A stretch of 61,158 bases of DNA, the filler included, from Sphacelaria rigidula (lineage: Eukaryota), in NCBI GenBank assembly GCA_964200075.2. It is 6 parts of 6 records of this genome, joined end to end, with 100 filler letters (N's around TTAATTAATTAA, not from the genome) between each part and the next. Parts side by side here need not be neighbours in the genome. Positions count along the whole stretch, not along the records: positions 1 to 10,110 come from CAXNAA020007115.1; positions 10,211 to 20,320 come from CAXNAA020007116.1; 4 more parts are not named here. One strand, 5' to 3'. How positions within the stretch are numbered: position 1 is the first letter of the stretch; every line of letters starts with the position of its first letter. Shown here in pieces: positions 1 through 11,476 of the stretch. A program made the position numbers and the translations under genes. The notes beneath the pieces are model-generated. The model was given only the letters and a program-made list of their open reading frames with translations. It did not search any database and had not been told where the DNA came from.

Positions 1-283
1 CATGACTAACAAAAAACCCAACGTAACGATAATTCAACCCCCGTTCTCTCCACCCTAATGGCAACAATCGGACCATTACACCACAGCGGCGCGGCAATAT
101 GTTAAAGATATCATTATTGCGCCCTCACATATACGCATGTCTATTGGCACAAGGGACAAATGACACCGGAAAACGTATCGAGTACCGGCTTCGCCGATCT
201 TCCACAACTAGTAGCGAAAATGCTCTCAATACGATACAAAACCCCGCTCTCGACAAACGTCGCCGCAGCTGACTTGTATATAC

Positions 284-565
284 CTGCCAACCTTCGGACC
301 AGTTTGCCCAAAAACAGCATTGTCCGCCGCGATCGTGAGATCGGCCACCATGTGCAATATGTGACCTCCGCCAATGGCATAACCAGCAACCATGGCGATG
401 ATCGGCTTCGGGCAACGGCGCATTTGTATGTGCAGATCAAGAACCCTCAGTCGTGGCACATCTTCCGAGCCGTCGTCATAACCTCCTTCCCCGCGGACGC
501 TTTGGTCTCCACCAGAGCAAAAAGATAGGCCTCCCTCTCCCGTTAGGATTATGACCCCCACGCCG
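284..565 (-). CDS. menB: 1,4-dihydroxy-2-naphthoyl-CoA synthase (naphthoate synthase, crotonase family), internal exon
   Basis: Translates (S)[29 protein letters not shown]...[56 protein letters not shown], which contains the MenB motifs [15 protein letters not shown] and FGQTGPKVG(S). Bounded by a TGCAG acceptor (AG at 567-566) and a GTATAT donor (from 283). Phase 2 at both ends and in phase with the upstream exon. Downstream exons lie beyond the contig start. Confidence 0.95.
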
Positions 566-1360
566 CTGCACAAGAGTCGGATTGTGGGACAGAGGGTCAG
601 CGTCTTGCCGGCAATTTCAAAAGGGAGGGGATAATCACTTCCACCCTCTCTCTGTGTTCTCCTTCATATGCATTTGTGTAATGTTTTTGATGGCGACAGG
701 TGATCCGCACATCGTTGGGGGCACGTGCGGGTAGAACGACGAACGAATGTCATGGGATAGCGATAGCGTTGTGGTTAGGCGTACGAGCATTTCCCTGGGG
801 CAGGACCCAGGTCATACCGGTGCTCACAGGTTGTCGAGGTTTTGCAGCCGTCTGGTGCAAACGGGGTGCGTTTCCCTGTGGGGGGTCAACGTGTCCTTCG
901 TTTTTGCACAACATGTCGTTCTGTTGGAGGAAGATATCAGGGTCCATCGAGGGCCATTCTTGTCTCTCGCCTTGTCGAAACGAATGAACCATGTCACGAA
1001 AATATGCCACCCATCGTCACATTTCGTTGGCCTGCCCTGAAGCTAAAGCTACTTTGTCAAAGGAACACGACAAAAATGTGCCCGTCCTAAAGTCGCACCG
1101 CACAATGTACACACCTTGATGACGGCCCACAAGCAAGAAATGTACGGTGCTAACTCGTAGGTACGTCATACTTGAGCAAGGACTTGCTCCTGATGTGTCT
1201 GGAGAAACGCCCAAGATGTTGGGATGTTGGTCGGTGAGGTTATGCTCATCAACTCGGCGCGCAGCGCAATTGCCAAATATCCGGTGACTTTCACACCTCG
1301 CTCTTGCAGTGATTGTGTCACGCGGCAATTGACAATGATAACAAAGCAAAAGCAATGTTT

Positions 1361-1755
1361 CACAGGTCGGACGAGTCATTACTCGAGTCATTGCTCGTTT
1401 AGGCGAGTGCACTCGTGGGTGTTTTCCCAAAACACAACGAGCGATGACTCGAGTGCTCGCCCTACTATCTTTTTCCACAACGAGCAATGACTCGAGTGCT
1501 CGCCCTATTTATTTTTACGGCCAACGAGCAATGACTCGCGTGCTCGCCCTTTTATTTTTTTCCACAACTAGCAATGACTCGAGTGCTCGCCCTATTAATT
1601 TTTACGGCCAACGAGCAATGACTCGCGAGCTCGCCCGATTATTTTTCTCCACAACGAGCAATGACTCGAGTGCTCGCCCTATTAATTTTTACGGCCAACG
1701 AGCAGCTCAACGAGTGCGAGTGCCACGAGTCACACTCGTGCTCGTCCGACGTATG
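1361..1755. mobile_element. hAT-like MITE with internal 43/44-bp tandem array, in menB intron
   Basis: Imperfect TIRs CACAGGTCGGACGAG (1361) and CTCGTCCGACGTATG (ends 1755). Perfect 8-bp target-site duplication CAATGTTT (1353-1360 and 1756-1763). Non-coding interior. Confidence 0.88.
1435..1704 (+). repeat. tandem repeat, six units alternating 43 and 44 bp (87-bp dimer x3)
   Basis: The core CAACGAGCAATGACTCGAGTGCTCGCCC starts at 1435, 1478, 1522, 1565, 1609, 1652 and (partial) 1696. Linkers alternate between ...TTTTTCCA and ...TTTTTACGGC types. Confidence 0.95.
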
Positions 1756-3951
1756 CAATGTTTGCACCCACGTGGCTTGTCCTAGCCCCGGATGTAATGA
1801 AGGAACTCACGTCCAAACAAGCGTATTAATAGCGCGTTTAGATGGGGAGAGTCGAGTCCGGATGCTGTTGCACATGTACTTGGTACTTGAGCGGTCCGTG
1901 CTTGTCCTCAGGCTTGCTCGGCACAACCATGGGCCCGGGTGCCAACTCTCGAGATTTTCCCTCAAACATGAAATTAAGGCTCCGTTAGTTTCGACATGCC
2001 AGTTGCTTCCAAATTGTGAAGGCAATCTCCGTTGTTCTGATCCAGCATTCGATACGCAGCCAGCACGAGGGGTTGCTGCTCCACAACATAAAGCTGCTAG
2101 GGAGCAGGTCTCTCCGGCAAACGCCCGTCGAGATCAAGGCAACGTCGCGGGTGGGTGGCTACAGAGGTTTTGTCATTTCTGTCTCTTCCTTGTTCCTTCG
2201 CTTGTGTTTTGTATTGTATTATTATGTTTTATTTCTACTTTGTAGCTAACCCCATTGACGGCACAACCGACAAGTAGGTGAGAGTAAGTTGATCTACTCG
2301 CTATCCTGTGCTTGGTGTCAGTGGTGGTGCAACACAGTTTAGGTAATGGGTCATGCAGACAGTGCTCACGCCCATGCTCAATCCTGCAGCTTCGGAGTTT
2401 CACCCTGAACTGTGCACCATATTGAATTCCGCGTTGCAGCGTTTTACCCTGCGTTGGGGCACTGTCACGGAAAGCACATTGATGCAGATGAGGCACGTGT
2501 GAGTAGGTACCGGATTCGGCGGATTGGAGCTAGCGGCCGACGCGGGCTGGGAAGGCTCGGGAAGGCTACACCCTCCCCGCGAGACCGAGAGGTAAGGCAA
2601 GTACCATGACAGACGTGCCAAAGCAAAAAAGCCTATTGCTTTCTACGACTGGGAATGCGTGTGGTTCTATGCAAGACCTTTTCCATCGAAGCCATGCGGC
2701 AGAGGCCAACCATTCTTGTTTTTGTCTTGTATTTTCTTTTTTCGTCGTCTACTCTCTTCTTCTTTTCCACCTTTTCTGTTTATTATTTCTTCTTCAGTGA
2801 GTGCTTCAGCTTTATTTTGTTTCAGGTACGTGTATCATTTGACCACGGCTGTATCCCAGGGGTATCATCATCAGTTCAAGTGCGACAGTGCGTTCGTTTT
2901 GTCCTTGGGTTCGTCTATTGTGTCGATAATGACCGCGGTGGATTTGTATAAGTCAGGGTATCACTTGATGTGCGACAATGACTGACTGGCTGACTTACTG
3001 ACTGAGTGGATGCATGAATCAAAGAGTTAATGAGTATTTGAATGAATGAATCAGTCAGAGTTGTATCTTTATCGCGAATAGTTCATGTCCCCAATATATA
3101 CATTTTCCGTCACCCGCCAAAACCTGAAAAATGACGCTGACTCCTCAGCCAAGAAAAGTATGAGCAAAACGGTCACGTTTCATACATTGGCTAGGACTTC
3201 ATCGGAAATACCATCAGCCTTTCTATGTAGAGTAAAACACACCATTCTCGTCGCATACCTTGACCGGCAATACAGCGGCGGTGACCTACACTGGCGCCCT
3301 GCATTGTGTCTCCGTAGCATTACTGGCTGAGCGACATCGACATACGCTTCCAAACTCCCGATCACTTGGATTCAGTGCGGACGCCGGCATATTGCTCAGG
3401 AATCACAAGTCTCCGCACAAAAAGCGCTTCTGACAGGACGTGGTGTTGGAATGTTCATGTCCCTTTTATCTAAAACACCGCGAAGGCATTTCATCTCCAA
3501 GATGAACCACTACACACTACACAACATGTAGAGCTGGATATGAGAACACCGTGCTCCCACGGAACACCAGCCACCGTGGGTAGTGTGTTTGTGCTCTAGG
3601 TGCAGACTCTAGGTGTAGACTCTAGTTCCATGTATGTTCTGCAGTAGTGTGGAGCACACATCGGTTGAGAGTCGATGGTTCTCGAGGTGATAAGTCTCAA
3701 GTTGAGGACCAGACAGCTAGCAAGTTGTTAAGTCGTCGGAAATGATCCCCGTGAATGTTGTCTAGGTGACAGAACAAACTCGGGAACGTCAAAAACGCTC
3801 TGTCCACGTAAATGTACAGTTACATATCGAATGTACCAACGGTTGAGGTCGATGATGGGATATTAGGCATCTCTTCACTACACTGGACGCCACAGTCCGC
3901 GTTTGGTGCAGTCGCTCTTATATCGTATCTTGAGAATGAAAATGATATTAC

Positions 3952-4178
3952 CTGTCATCCTGAGCCAACTCCATTGCTTTTCGCATCTCGTTGACCGTGA
4001 TTGGCCTGAAGGCATTGTGCAGCTCGGGTCTGTTGATGGTTATTTTGGCAGTCATGTCAGCGTAGGCCACGTTGTACGTGATATCCACGAAGCCGTGGGC
4101 TCCGGTCATGTCCGTCCATTCTGCCGATTCTCGAGATACCTCACGGAAGCCGTCCGCATGCACCGTGGGCGCACGGAG
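3952..4178 (-). CDS. menB: naphthoate synthase, upstream exon
   Basis: CACAG acceptor, then LRAPTVHADGFREVSRESAEWTDMTGAHGFVDITYNVAYADMTAKITINRPELHNAFRPITVNEMRKAMELAQDD, containing the MenB motif AKITINRPExxNAFRP. Donor AG|GTAATA is phase 2 and joins the exon starting at 565 to give DD-S-GVGV across a ~3.4-kb intron. Confidence 0.93.
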
Positions 4179-4376
4179 CTGTGCACACGAGAATTTTGCG
4201 CAGAGATTAAACGGTTTACACGGTAGCGTTTAGAGCTCGTTCAAAGACTAAGTTTGAGTTTGGAGGGTTAAGGCGAAGCAACTTGCTTCTCGCTTCTTGT
4301 ACATCAATTAGGTTTCACGATGAGTAGTTCAAAATTGGAAATTGGAAAAGCGAGAAATGTAACGTGACGTTCGTAC

Positions 4377-4475
4377 GTTGTGTTGTACCAGGTACTTCAA
4401 TCGCGGGCGACGGAGTCGTTGGCTGTTTTTGTCAACAACCGAGATCTTGCTCCAAGCATTGCTATTGCGAAACAT
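4377..4475 (-). CDS. candidate N-terminal exon of menB (targeting region)
   Basis: ATG at 4475 opens MFRNSNAWSKISVVDKNSQRLRRPRLKYLVQHN, ending at a phase-0 donor AAC|GTACGA that fits the phase-0 acceptor at 4178. An alternative donor (CTG|GTACAA) and a further upstream exon (ATG 4709) are also possible. Confidence 0.3.
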
Positions 4476-6100
4476 CTCTTGCAGGAAAACAACTTCTGGA
4501 CCGAGTCAGTTCGAATTTCGCTGCGGGGAAGATCCGCGTGAAGCAAGCCGGCGGGATTGCCTACCGGTTGCATGCTGCATTGGGTGCCACAAGGCCGATG
4601 CCATTGGCTCTTGACCAGTTCTCGCATCCAACAGTTCTTGCGTCCAACACAAGCACCACAGTACAGTAAACCGTATTCGCCGGACCAAAAACAACGAGCT
4701 CGGTCCCATGCTTGCCTTGTTGCACGGGGGTACTTAAGCACGCACGGCAGGCACGACTGTAGGGGTCGGCGCTATGTGGGTCTCAAATCGTTTTTTACAG
4801 CCGTGCCGTACCCACGTTGCCACTTCGGTCTCTACGAACAGCCACGATCCCGTGTGTGTGTTTCCGTTAACCAAGCTCATAATTGTTTCCAAATCTCAAA
4901 AAGAACTCACCTCTTTCGGGAGTAACACGAACATGATTACCATAGTCATAAGACGCACTTCAAAACCACAACAGCTTGGTTTCGGGACACACTGTGGGAT
5001 GCACACTAAGTCAATTAATGCATGGCTGGTACCTTGGAAAACGGTGAATTGCACCCATTCGGCGCTGTTCGTGTTGTGTGCCGCCAAGAAGTACCGCGCT
5101 CGTGTCGAATGAGCCAACAAGAGCACGGTGAGACAGCTTGTCCACTTTTGAAAATATTGTTCGAGAACCGAATATTGAGAACCAGCACGCCGAACCAGTT
5201 TCATTGGGCGGCCCGAAACAAAACCCAATATCTGACCATTTTAGTATCGTTCGATCAGTAGCCTCCAGCGAGATGAGGGCGCTCGAAGTTGGTGGTGATG
5301 AGGGATGATGAGGGTTGCTGCACAAAAATGCTTTATAGAAACAGTACTGTACGGGACACAGAATGAAATTTCCAGCTTTTGTTTGTTGCATGGGTATCAA
5401 GATTCAAGGGGACAACGCATAGTTTTGAGCCTTTACCCACCAACAATAATGATTACTTTGCGTAGAATAGCTCGAGCGTATGTACGTGTGACTTTTGTTT
5501 CTCCAGTTGTCATACTTTATAATCTCTCCCAGTCATACTGCGCTCAGTTTTTTCGAATAGGTGGCTATTGTCGGCGAAGCACGTGCTGCTCTCGATCGGA
5601 AAGAGAGAGGAAACAAGGCCGGTCATTTCGTAGATATACTGTACATCGTCGTATAATTTTCACTGACGCTCTCTTTATCGGTTCCTGTGGTTCATGCCCT
5701 TACTTTGGCTAGCGATTGCCGCACGGGTCTGGATATTGGGCGAGAAAACGACCGATTCCGTCGATTTTCGGTGGAAAGCTCGATACATTTTGCAAGTGTC
5801 GAGTTCTGTGTAAGTCTACGTGGTTATTTTTCATCAATATTTGTTGATTGGGTGTTCATGCCCGAAGAGAAAACGGCCAGCGTGTACACGTTAAGTGCCG
5901 AATCATTCGACACAGTAGTGACAAACGGTAACTTTGTGGTTTAGATCTTATTGTTCGTGGGAAATGATCACGATGAGGTATACCTGGAGCATCGTGGGCG
6001 TAATTTAAGGTAAAGTTCTCGTCGCAACATAAACTGCCTTGAAAAAGATAATTTGAGCAGGCGAAACTACAGAATACTTCGGCATCAGGGTTAGACTTCA

Positions 6101-6127
6101 CCCTAACCCTACCCTAACCCTGAACCT
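6101..6127. repeat. short interstitial telomere-like (CCCTAA)n tract
   Basis: CCCTAACCCTACCCTAACCCTGAACCT, with an inverted AGGGTTAG at 6087-6094. Confidence 0.55.
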
Positions 6128-8019
6128 CACAATTATATCCAGTACATATATCTGGAATTGTCCAATTTCTCCTTTAACTGCACCCGAACCGTCGAAGAGC
6201 TCCTGAAAGGGGCGAGTGCCGGGTTACGGAATTTCACTTGGAAAGTGTGCTGCCGACCGCCGTAAGTGCACAGTCATTTCTCCTGCCCCTTTGTCGCGTA
6301 CGTTTCGTACTCCGCAAATGTGATAGGTGCGGGTCTTCGCTCGACACAGTACAACTCTGTACAGCACAAGCACGGGCGAGGCGATATCCCCAAACGGGTG
6401 ACTGCTTCCGACGTCACTGACCAAGGGTGGATTTATGTCCTTACCATGAGGTGCAAATCACGTACCTCTTCCCCGTGCGCAATCGCGTTACTTAAGGCTG
6501 AACGGCGACTCAACAAATGCAGAGACATACACACATAAACGAGGACACACATCACACATCACCCCTGCTGGGCGAGCGTGGTGGGTAGAGATGAGTCGTC
6601 GAGGACACGGCAATCGGGACTGACGGCGGAATGTGTCTTCTCTCATGTGTGTGTTAGGTTGCCATAGGGTTTTCGTGTTGTGCTCCATGGTACGTCGTGA
6701 CGGAAGTGCATGGTTTGCACGTCACTGTACGAACACAAATACAGCCGTCGTCAATGTCACCAGAAGCAGGATGGTACGGTGTGGGGCGGAACTCCGTAGC
6801 TATCGTATTCGAGATACATGAAACTTCGCGGCAAAGAGGCATAAGAAATGGCCGTCTGCATCAGCGGATTTCGTTGCTACACTTGTCAAGCGACATTCCG
6901 ACACTCGTCGTCCACCGCGTTCAAGAGCTGTTCGAGGCTTGCGGATCGCCGGTGAAGATGATCAACGATTTTAAATATAGCTGCTGGGTTTCTGATCGGG
7001 GTAAGGTACTCAGCCGTCCCTGTCATTAAGATGGCCGTATTCGCAACATTTCACAAATCTACCGGGGAGAAAACTGTCCCACAGGTGCTCCGGTATAACT
7101 GAGCGCGACTACTTCCCCTTCATGATCATTGTTTCTGCGTTGATCCCATTTTCACCTGTGGTCAATTTTCGTTTAAGCTTGTTCGGACGACGTTTCAGTA
7201 TTCGGCGAAATATCGACAGGCCCTACTTGTTAGTGGCCACCATATATGTCATGCTGACCGGGGCCCACAAAACAATAATACAGTTTGGTGCAAGGTAAGA
7301 AAAGGTGTGCCTGTACGCCTGAAACAAAACGGCACTTGGTTCGCGGTAACAGTCCTACCCGATCCTCTTACACTCTTGCGCTCTTGTAGTAGCCAGTGGT
7401 GGCTACAGGTTTCGATCCTCATCATCCTGCCTGAGCGGAATTTCCCTCACACCCACACCACACCCCACCCCTTCACAATGCATCAGGCATGACATGTGCA
7501 GAGGTGCCTCTAGAATCAAGGCGCCGTGCGCCTACGCGACTCCATATGAAGGTTTGGTATTTTTCTTAAAAAAATTGCAACTTTCGGTCGTCAAAACGTC
7601 AGCTTTCGGTACATTCCCCTTGCCCCGCAAAGGACAAGGTGCAACAGACACAAGAGGTCAGCGAGTTTTTCCAAGTGCAAGATCGGTCATATTTTCTCAT
7701 TGTGGACAGGGCGCTGCCATCGGCACTATGCAAATTGTTCGGCCACTTGATGGTAATGGCGGGATGGGCAGCAAGCTACACATGTTGCTTAGTGAAGTCA
7801 ATATGTCCACGTACTCTCTGCTGTGTCTGGTCGTGTCCAGTGCTGTGCCCGTTCTTGCCCGTTCTTGCCCGTTGGTTGCGGTGCAGTGGGTGAGGTAAAA
7901 CCTGGAGGGGTGCTGTTCGAAGATGAAAAAATTGTTGACATGCGAAACGCGTGACCTCGTTTTTCTTTCTTTTTTTCCCCATCACTCTTCAACCTTCCTC
8001 TTATTTGGGAGGAATCTGT

Positions 8020-8260
8020 GGTCACAGGGGATCAACCTACCTCTCGCCAAGTACTGTACACGCCTTGCATTTTGGTCTCGTGGATTGGATAATGACCGTC
8101 CGCACTTCCCCACCGCGTCGACTCTCGTCGAACAAAGTCCGTTACCCTTTTTTTTTTGCTACTCACGTCCTCACAGTAGGGTTAGGCTTTCAACCACCGA
8201 AAATCAGATACTTCGAGGAGAAAATCAAACACATCAGGCGGGAACCGCAACCGGTTTCTT
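8020..8260 (+). repeat. dispersed repeat family of unknown class (core GATTGGATnATGACC)
   Basis: Related copies at ~25660-25900 (+), ~55790-56060 (-) and ~60390-60770 (-) share the blocks ATCAACC, GATTGGAT(A/T/C)ATGAC and/or TTCAAC...ATCAGATACTT. A shorter related piece lies at ~26090-26230 (-). Confidence 0.7.
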
Positions 8261-9100
8261 TCCACCCTAACGGTGTTAATTGTACCGTTGATCAACGGGG
8301 TGCGGCAAATCGGGGTGCTGATTTGTTGCTGAAATATAAACCTCTCGCGCACCGATGATTGGCGGACCCCGAATTTTGCCAAAGCTTCTCATAGGGCGAA
8401 CCCCGAGTTGGCTCTTCATACGACACGAATCTCACGAGATCATCTCAGAGACAGAACAACATCACTAATCTCATCGCGTCCCGCGTCGCCCCTTCCGCAC
8501 GATTCTGCGGGACCACGGCTTCCATCCCGTCCCGTCCTGATGTCTTTGAATTCTTCCGTCCCGTCTCGTCATTTGTTTCAGGCAGCCCAAAAAGTACCCG
8601 AGCCATCCCCACGAGTTCTCGATTTCCCATTCCGTCTCGTTCTCACCGGATGCCGTTATATATTTCACGAGATATTCCGTGGAACTTCGAGAGGCATCTT
8701 GTGAACATGGATGTATTCTCCACACCCTGGAAAACAGGTTGCGTTGGCGAAAAATGTACTGCACAGAGTTTTAGCCGATGTGATCTGTTGTCTAGGATGT
8801 GGTATTTCATCTGTAACTCGAATTTGTCGGATGTAAGACAATTTCATAAAAAAATCGCATGGCTGCTTTCAGGTTTGCAGTTTGCAGCACTAATGTACGG
8901 TTCAATACAAAATAGCACAGCACAGGAAAGAGCTGACATGGGCCGTCACCATCATGAGGAGCGCACGTCGAAATCGACCACGTTTGGTGTAGCCAAGGAG
9001 TTCAGCCAGGGTTGCCGAAGTTTATGATAGGGTGTTGACCTGTTCGGTGCCTGGTTGAGTTCTACTGTGTCGCCGTTTACTCTTGTTTTCCTTCGATTAA

Positions 9101-9222
9101 GGCCGCTTCTTATAGACTGAAAAAAAATCTCTCTGAGGACTGCCCTTTGGAACCTTTCATCACGGCTTATTGGCGGAATACGGTCTTCGGCGGATTTGGC
9201 CTCCTCGGAAAGATTTGTTATA
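9101..9222. mobile_element. left arm of Harbinger-like foldback MITE, truncated by a nested insertion
   Basis: TAA|GGCCGCTTCTTATAGAC... is colinear with the start of the complete element at 18827 up to GATTTGTTATA. Confidence 0.75.
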
Positions 9223-9955
9223 CAGGCTGGGCCGCCCAAGACGCGGACAGGGATGTGAACACGCGATTCAACAGCTCAATTTTGGGTCGTTTTCTGTGAA
9301 AAATTGACACAATGTTCAGGACGTATGTGCGAAGACGCCCCCAATTGCCCGGTACATTCGTTGTTTTTTGGGAGTTTTTCACGAATGTGTTCTGAAAAAA
9401 CTGTTCTGAAAGTGTTGGTCGCCGATAACTCAAGGAGAAACAACAGTGTACGGGGCAAATGGAGACGTCTTTGCACATACATCCTGTACATCGTGCCATA
9501 TTTTCATAGAAAACGACCTGAAATTAAGTTGTTAAATCGCGTGTTCGTGTCGAAGACTGGTTTCCATGTGGAGAATTACCAGCCACGAAAAAATGAAACG
9601 CGGTTATGCTGTTCAATTTCACGTATTTTTTCACGGAATTCCGACATGATGTGCATGAGGTATGTTGTGAAGTCCCTATTGTCCCTGGATTTTTTTCCCA
9701 TTTTTCAATGAGTTGTCGACGTTTTTGTAACAGGAAAAATTGTTCCGAAATTCAGATCACCAAGAACATACGAGGAAAATAATAAAAAAGAGGGGCAAAC
9801 GGTAGGGGCTCCACATATACCCCGTGTACATCGTGTCAAAATTTCATGGATGACAACTTCAAATTGAACAGTATAATCGCGTTTTTCTATCGAGAACCGG
9901 TTCACTTGCTTTTAGAGTACAATAACCTCAGCCGGAACTTTGACGCTTTCTACCT
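9223..9955. mobile_element. non-autonomous TA-flanked DNA transposon (Tc1/mariner-like), partial
   Basis: Starts TA|CAGGCTGGGCCGCC. A homologous inverted copy at ~44527-45263 ends CCAGCCTG|TA. Shared internal blocks include GAGAACCGGTTCACTTGCT. Confidence 0.7.
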
Positions 9956-10110
9956 CGAAATCTTCTGATGGTTGAGGAGTGGGGTTCAAATCCTGGAGCG
10001 ATCTAAGATTTTTCTTCACAACATGCCCAACAGTGGAGAGCGACTATGTCGTGGGTACACAAAATTGGACTTGACGGTCGACGAGGGAAAGGGATCGCTG
10101 AACCCCTCTC

Positions 10111-10210
10111 NNNNNNNNNNNNNNNNNNNNNNNNNNNNNNNNNNNNNNNNNNNNTTAATTAATTAANNNNNNNNNNNNNNNNNNNNNNNNNNNNNNNNNN
10201 NNNNNNNNNN
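10111..10210. other. artificial contig spacer
   Basis: 44 N + TTAATTAATTAA (stop codons in all six frames) + 44 N. Confidence 0.98.
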
Positions 10211-10694
10211 ATTAAATCGGACATCGTTAAGGGCTCGTACAAACATAACGATACAGAATTATGGGACAGAGGGAGTAGTATGTTTGCCGGGCTGAACGAT
10301 ACAAGCTTGCACACTTTGGACAGATCAGCATATATCTGAAACTACAAATCAAAGAAGAGTTTCGAATCCGTTGATCCAAAAACACAAAATATGCGACCGC
10401 GCAGTCAGAAACGCCAAAGCGCAACCTTTGCGTAACTCGGCGTGCTCGACATCCGGTGCTGTACTGAGCAAACATGGAGAAAGGGGGGCAAATGATCCGG
10501 ATCATGAGCTAGCTCACTTGGTCCCTTTTTCCAAATTTGCCCCTTACAGCGCTGAACGCCGACCACGTGGAATGGCGATAAGGTCACGCTTTGTCTGCTC
10601 AGACCCCGCCGCCACGTATTTCGCGTTTTCGGACAAGAGATCGGGGAGTCCCCTTCGATTCGTTATTTCCGGTAGCTCGTGAGCTGTCCGACGT

Positions 10695-11355
10695 CTGCGG
10701 GGTACAATATATGTATACCCGAGGAGTTTACCCGGGTATTACCCGTACCCGACAGTGTCGTTGGATCTGTGCGGAATTCTTACCCTCACCTGGGATACGC
10801 GTATGCCCTTGTAAAAGTACCCGGTTGCGAGTAAGGGTTTCTGTACAACCTCCATGTACACGACAGATTCTGTAAGCTCTGTGACACTTCCATACTGGTA
10901 CCCGACAATCGTGTAACTCTGTAAGCAAGGTCATACCGTACCGAAAAAGCCGTACCCTACAGAACACAACCTTTGATATTTTTCCTTTTCAACCGTCCTC
11001 AGGGGAATCCTATGGGGGAAAGAAAATCCCAAACAAAACCCAAGTTCAACGATGTATCGAAGCATGGTTCCGGAACTTTTGAAGATTCTGCTCTGTATGA
11101 TGAGAACTTTTATATACCCGGTGTATTCCCCCAGGTATCACCCGTGCCCGACAGGTTGTGTGAGTTCTGTAAGCTTCCCATACCCGTACCCGACAGGTCC
11201 GTACGATCTGTGCGTGAATATTTACCCTTACCCGGGGTACATCCTTGTAAGTACACCCGGTTGCCGGTAAGGGTTTCTGTACAATCTCCATACCATGATC
11301 GACAGTTCTATAAGAAAACTCATGCCCTACAGAAAAGACTCGTACCCTTCGTAAC
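10695..11355. mobile_element. two partial copies of a TACCCG-motif-rich MITE-like repeat
   Basis: ~10700-10970 and ~11110-11355 share TACCCGACAG, CCTTGTAA..TACC/CACC.CGGTTGC.GTAAGGGTTTCTGTACAA and CCCTACAGAA blocks. Confidence 0.6.
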
Positions 11356-11405
11356 ACGGACTTGGAATACTATTTCACCGAAAAAAGGTGATCAAGTAGT
11401 AATAG

Positions 11406-11476
11406 CGAAACATGAGATCATTCGAGGTGAGAACTGTCGCAGGCAGTCGGTATACGGAGTCCCGCCGATACCTTAG
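11406..11476 (+). CDS. candidate upstream exon of the SMC5/6-like gene
   Basis: TAG|RNMRSFEVRTVAGSRYTESRRYL-AG|GTCCGC. The phase-2 donor matches the phase-2 acceptor at 12414, giving ...RRYLRRFLGVD. Splice sites are only moderate. Confidence 0.3.

Noticed and set aside
1435-1704. CRISPR array
   Set aside because: The linkers are only ~15 nt and alternate between two sequences rather than being unique. There are no cas genes, and the array sits inside TIRs with an 8-bp TSD in a eukaryotic intron.
284-4178. menB as bacterial contamination or recent horizontal transfer
   Set aside because: It has canonical spliceosomal introns with matching phases, and those introns carry host repeats.
9982-9996. 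tRNA B-box-like GGTTCAAATCC (similar GGTTCGA on the minus strand near 31280)
   Set aside because: No cloverleaf can be drawn; at most a SINE remnant.
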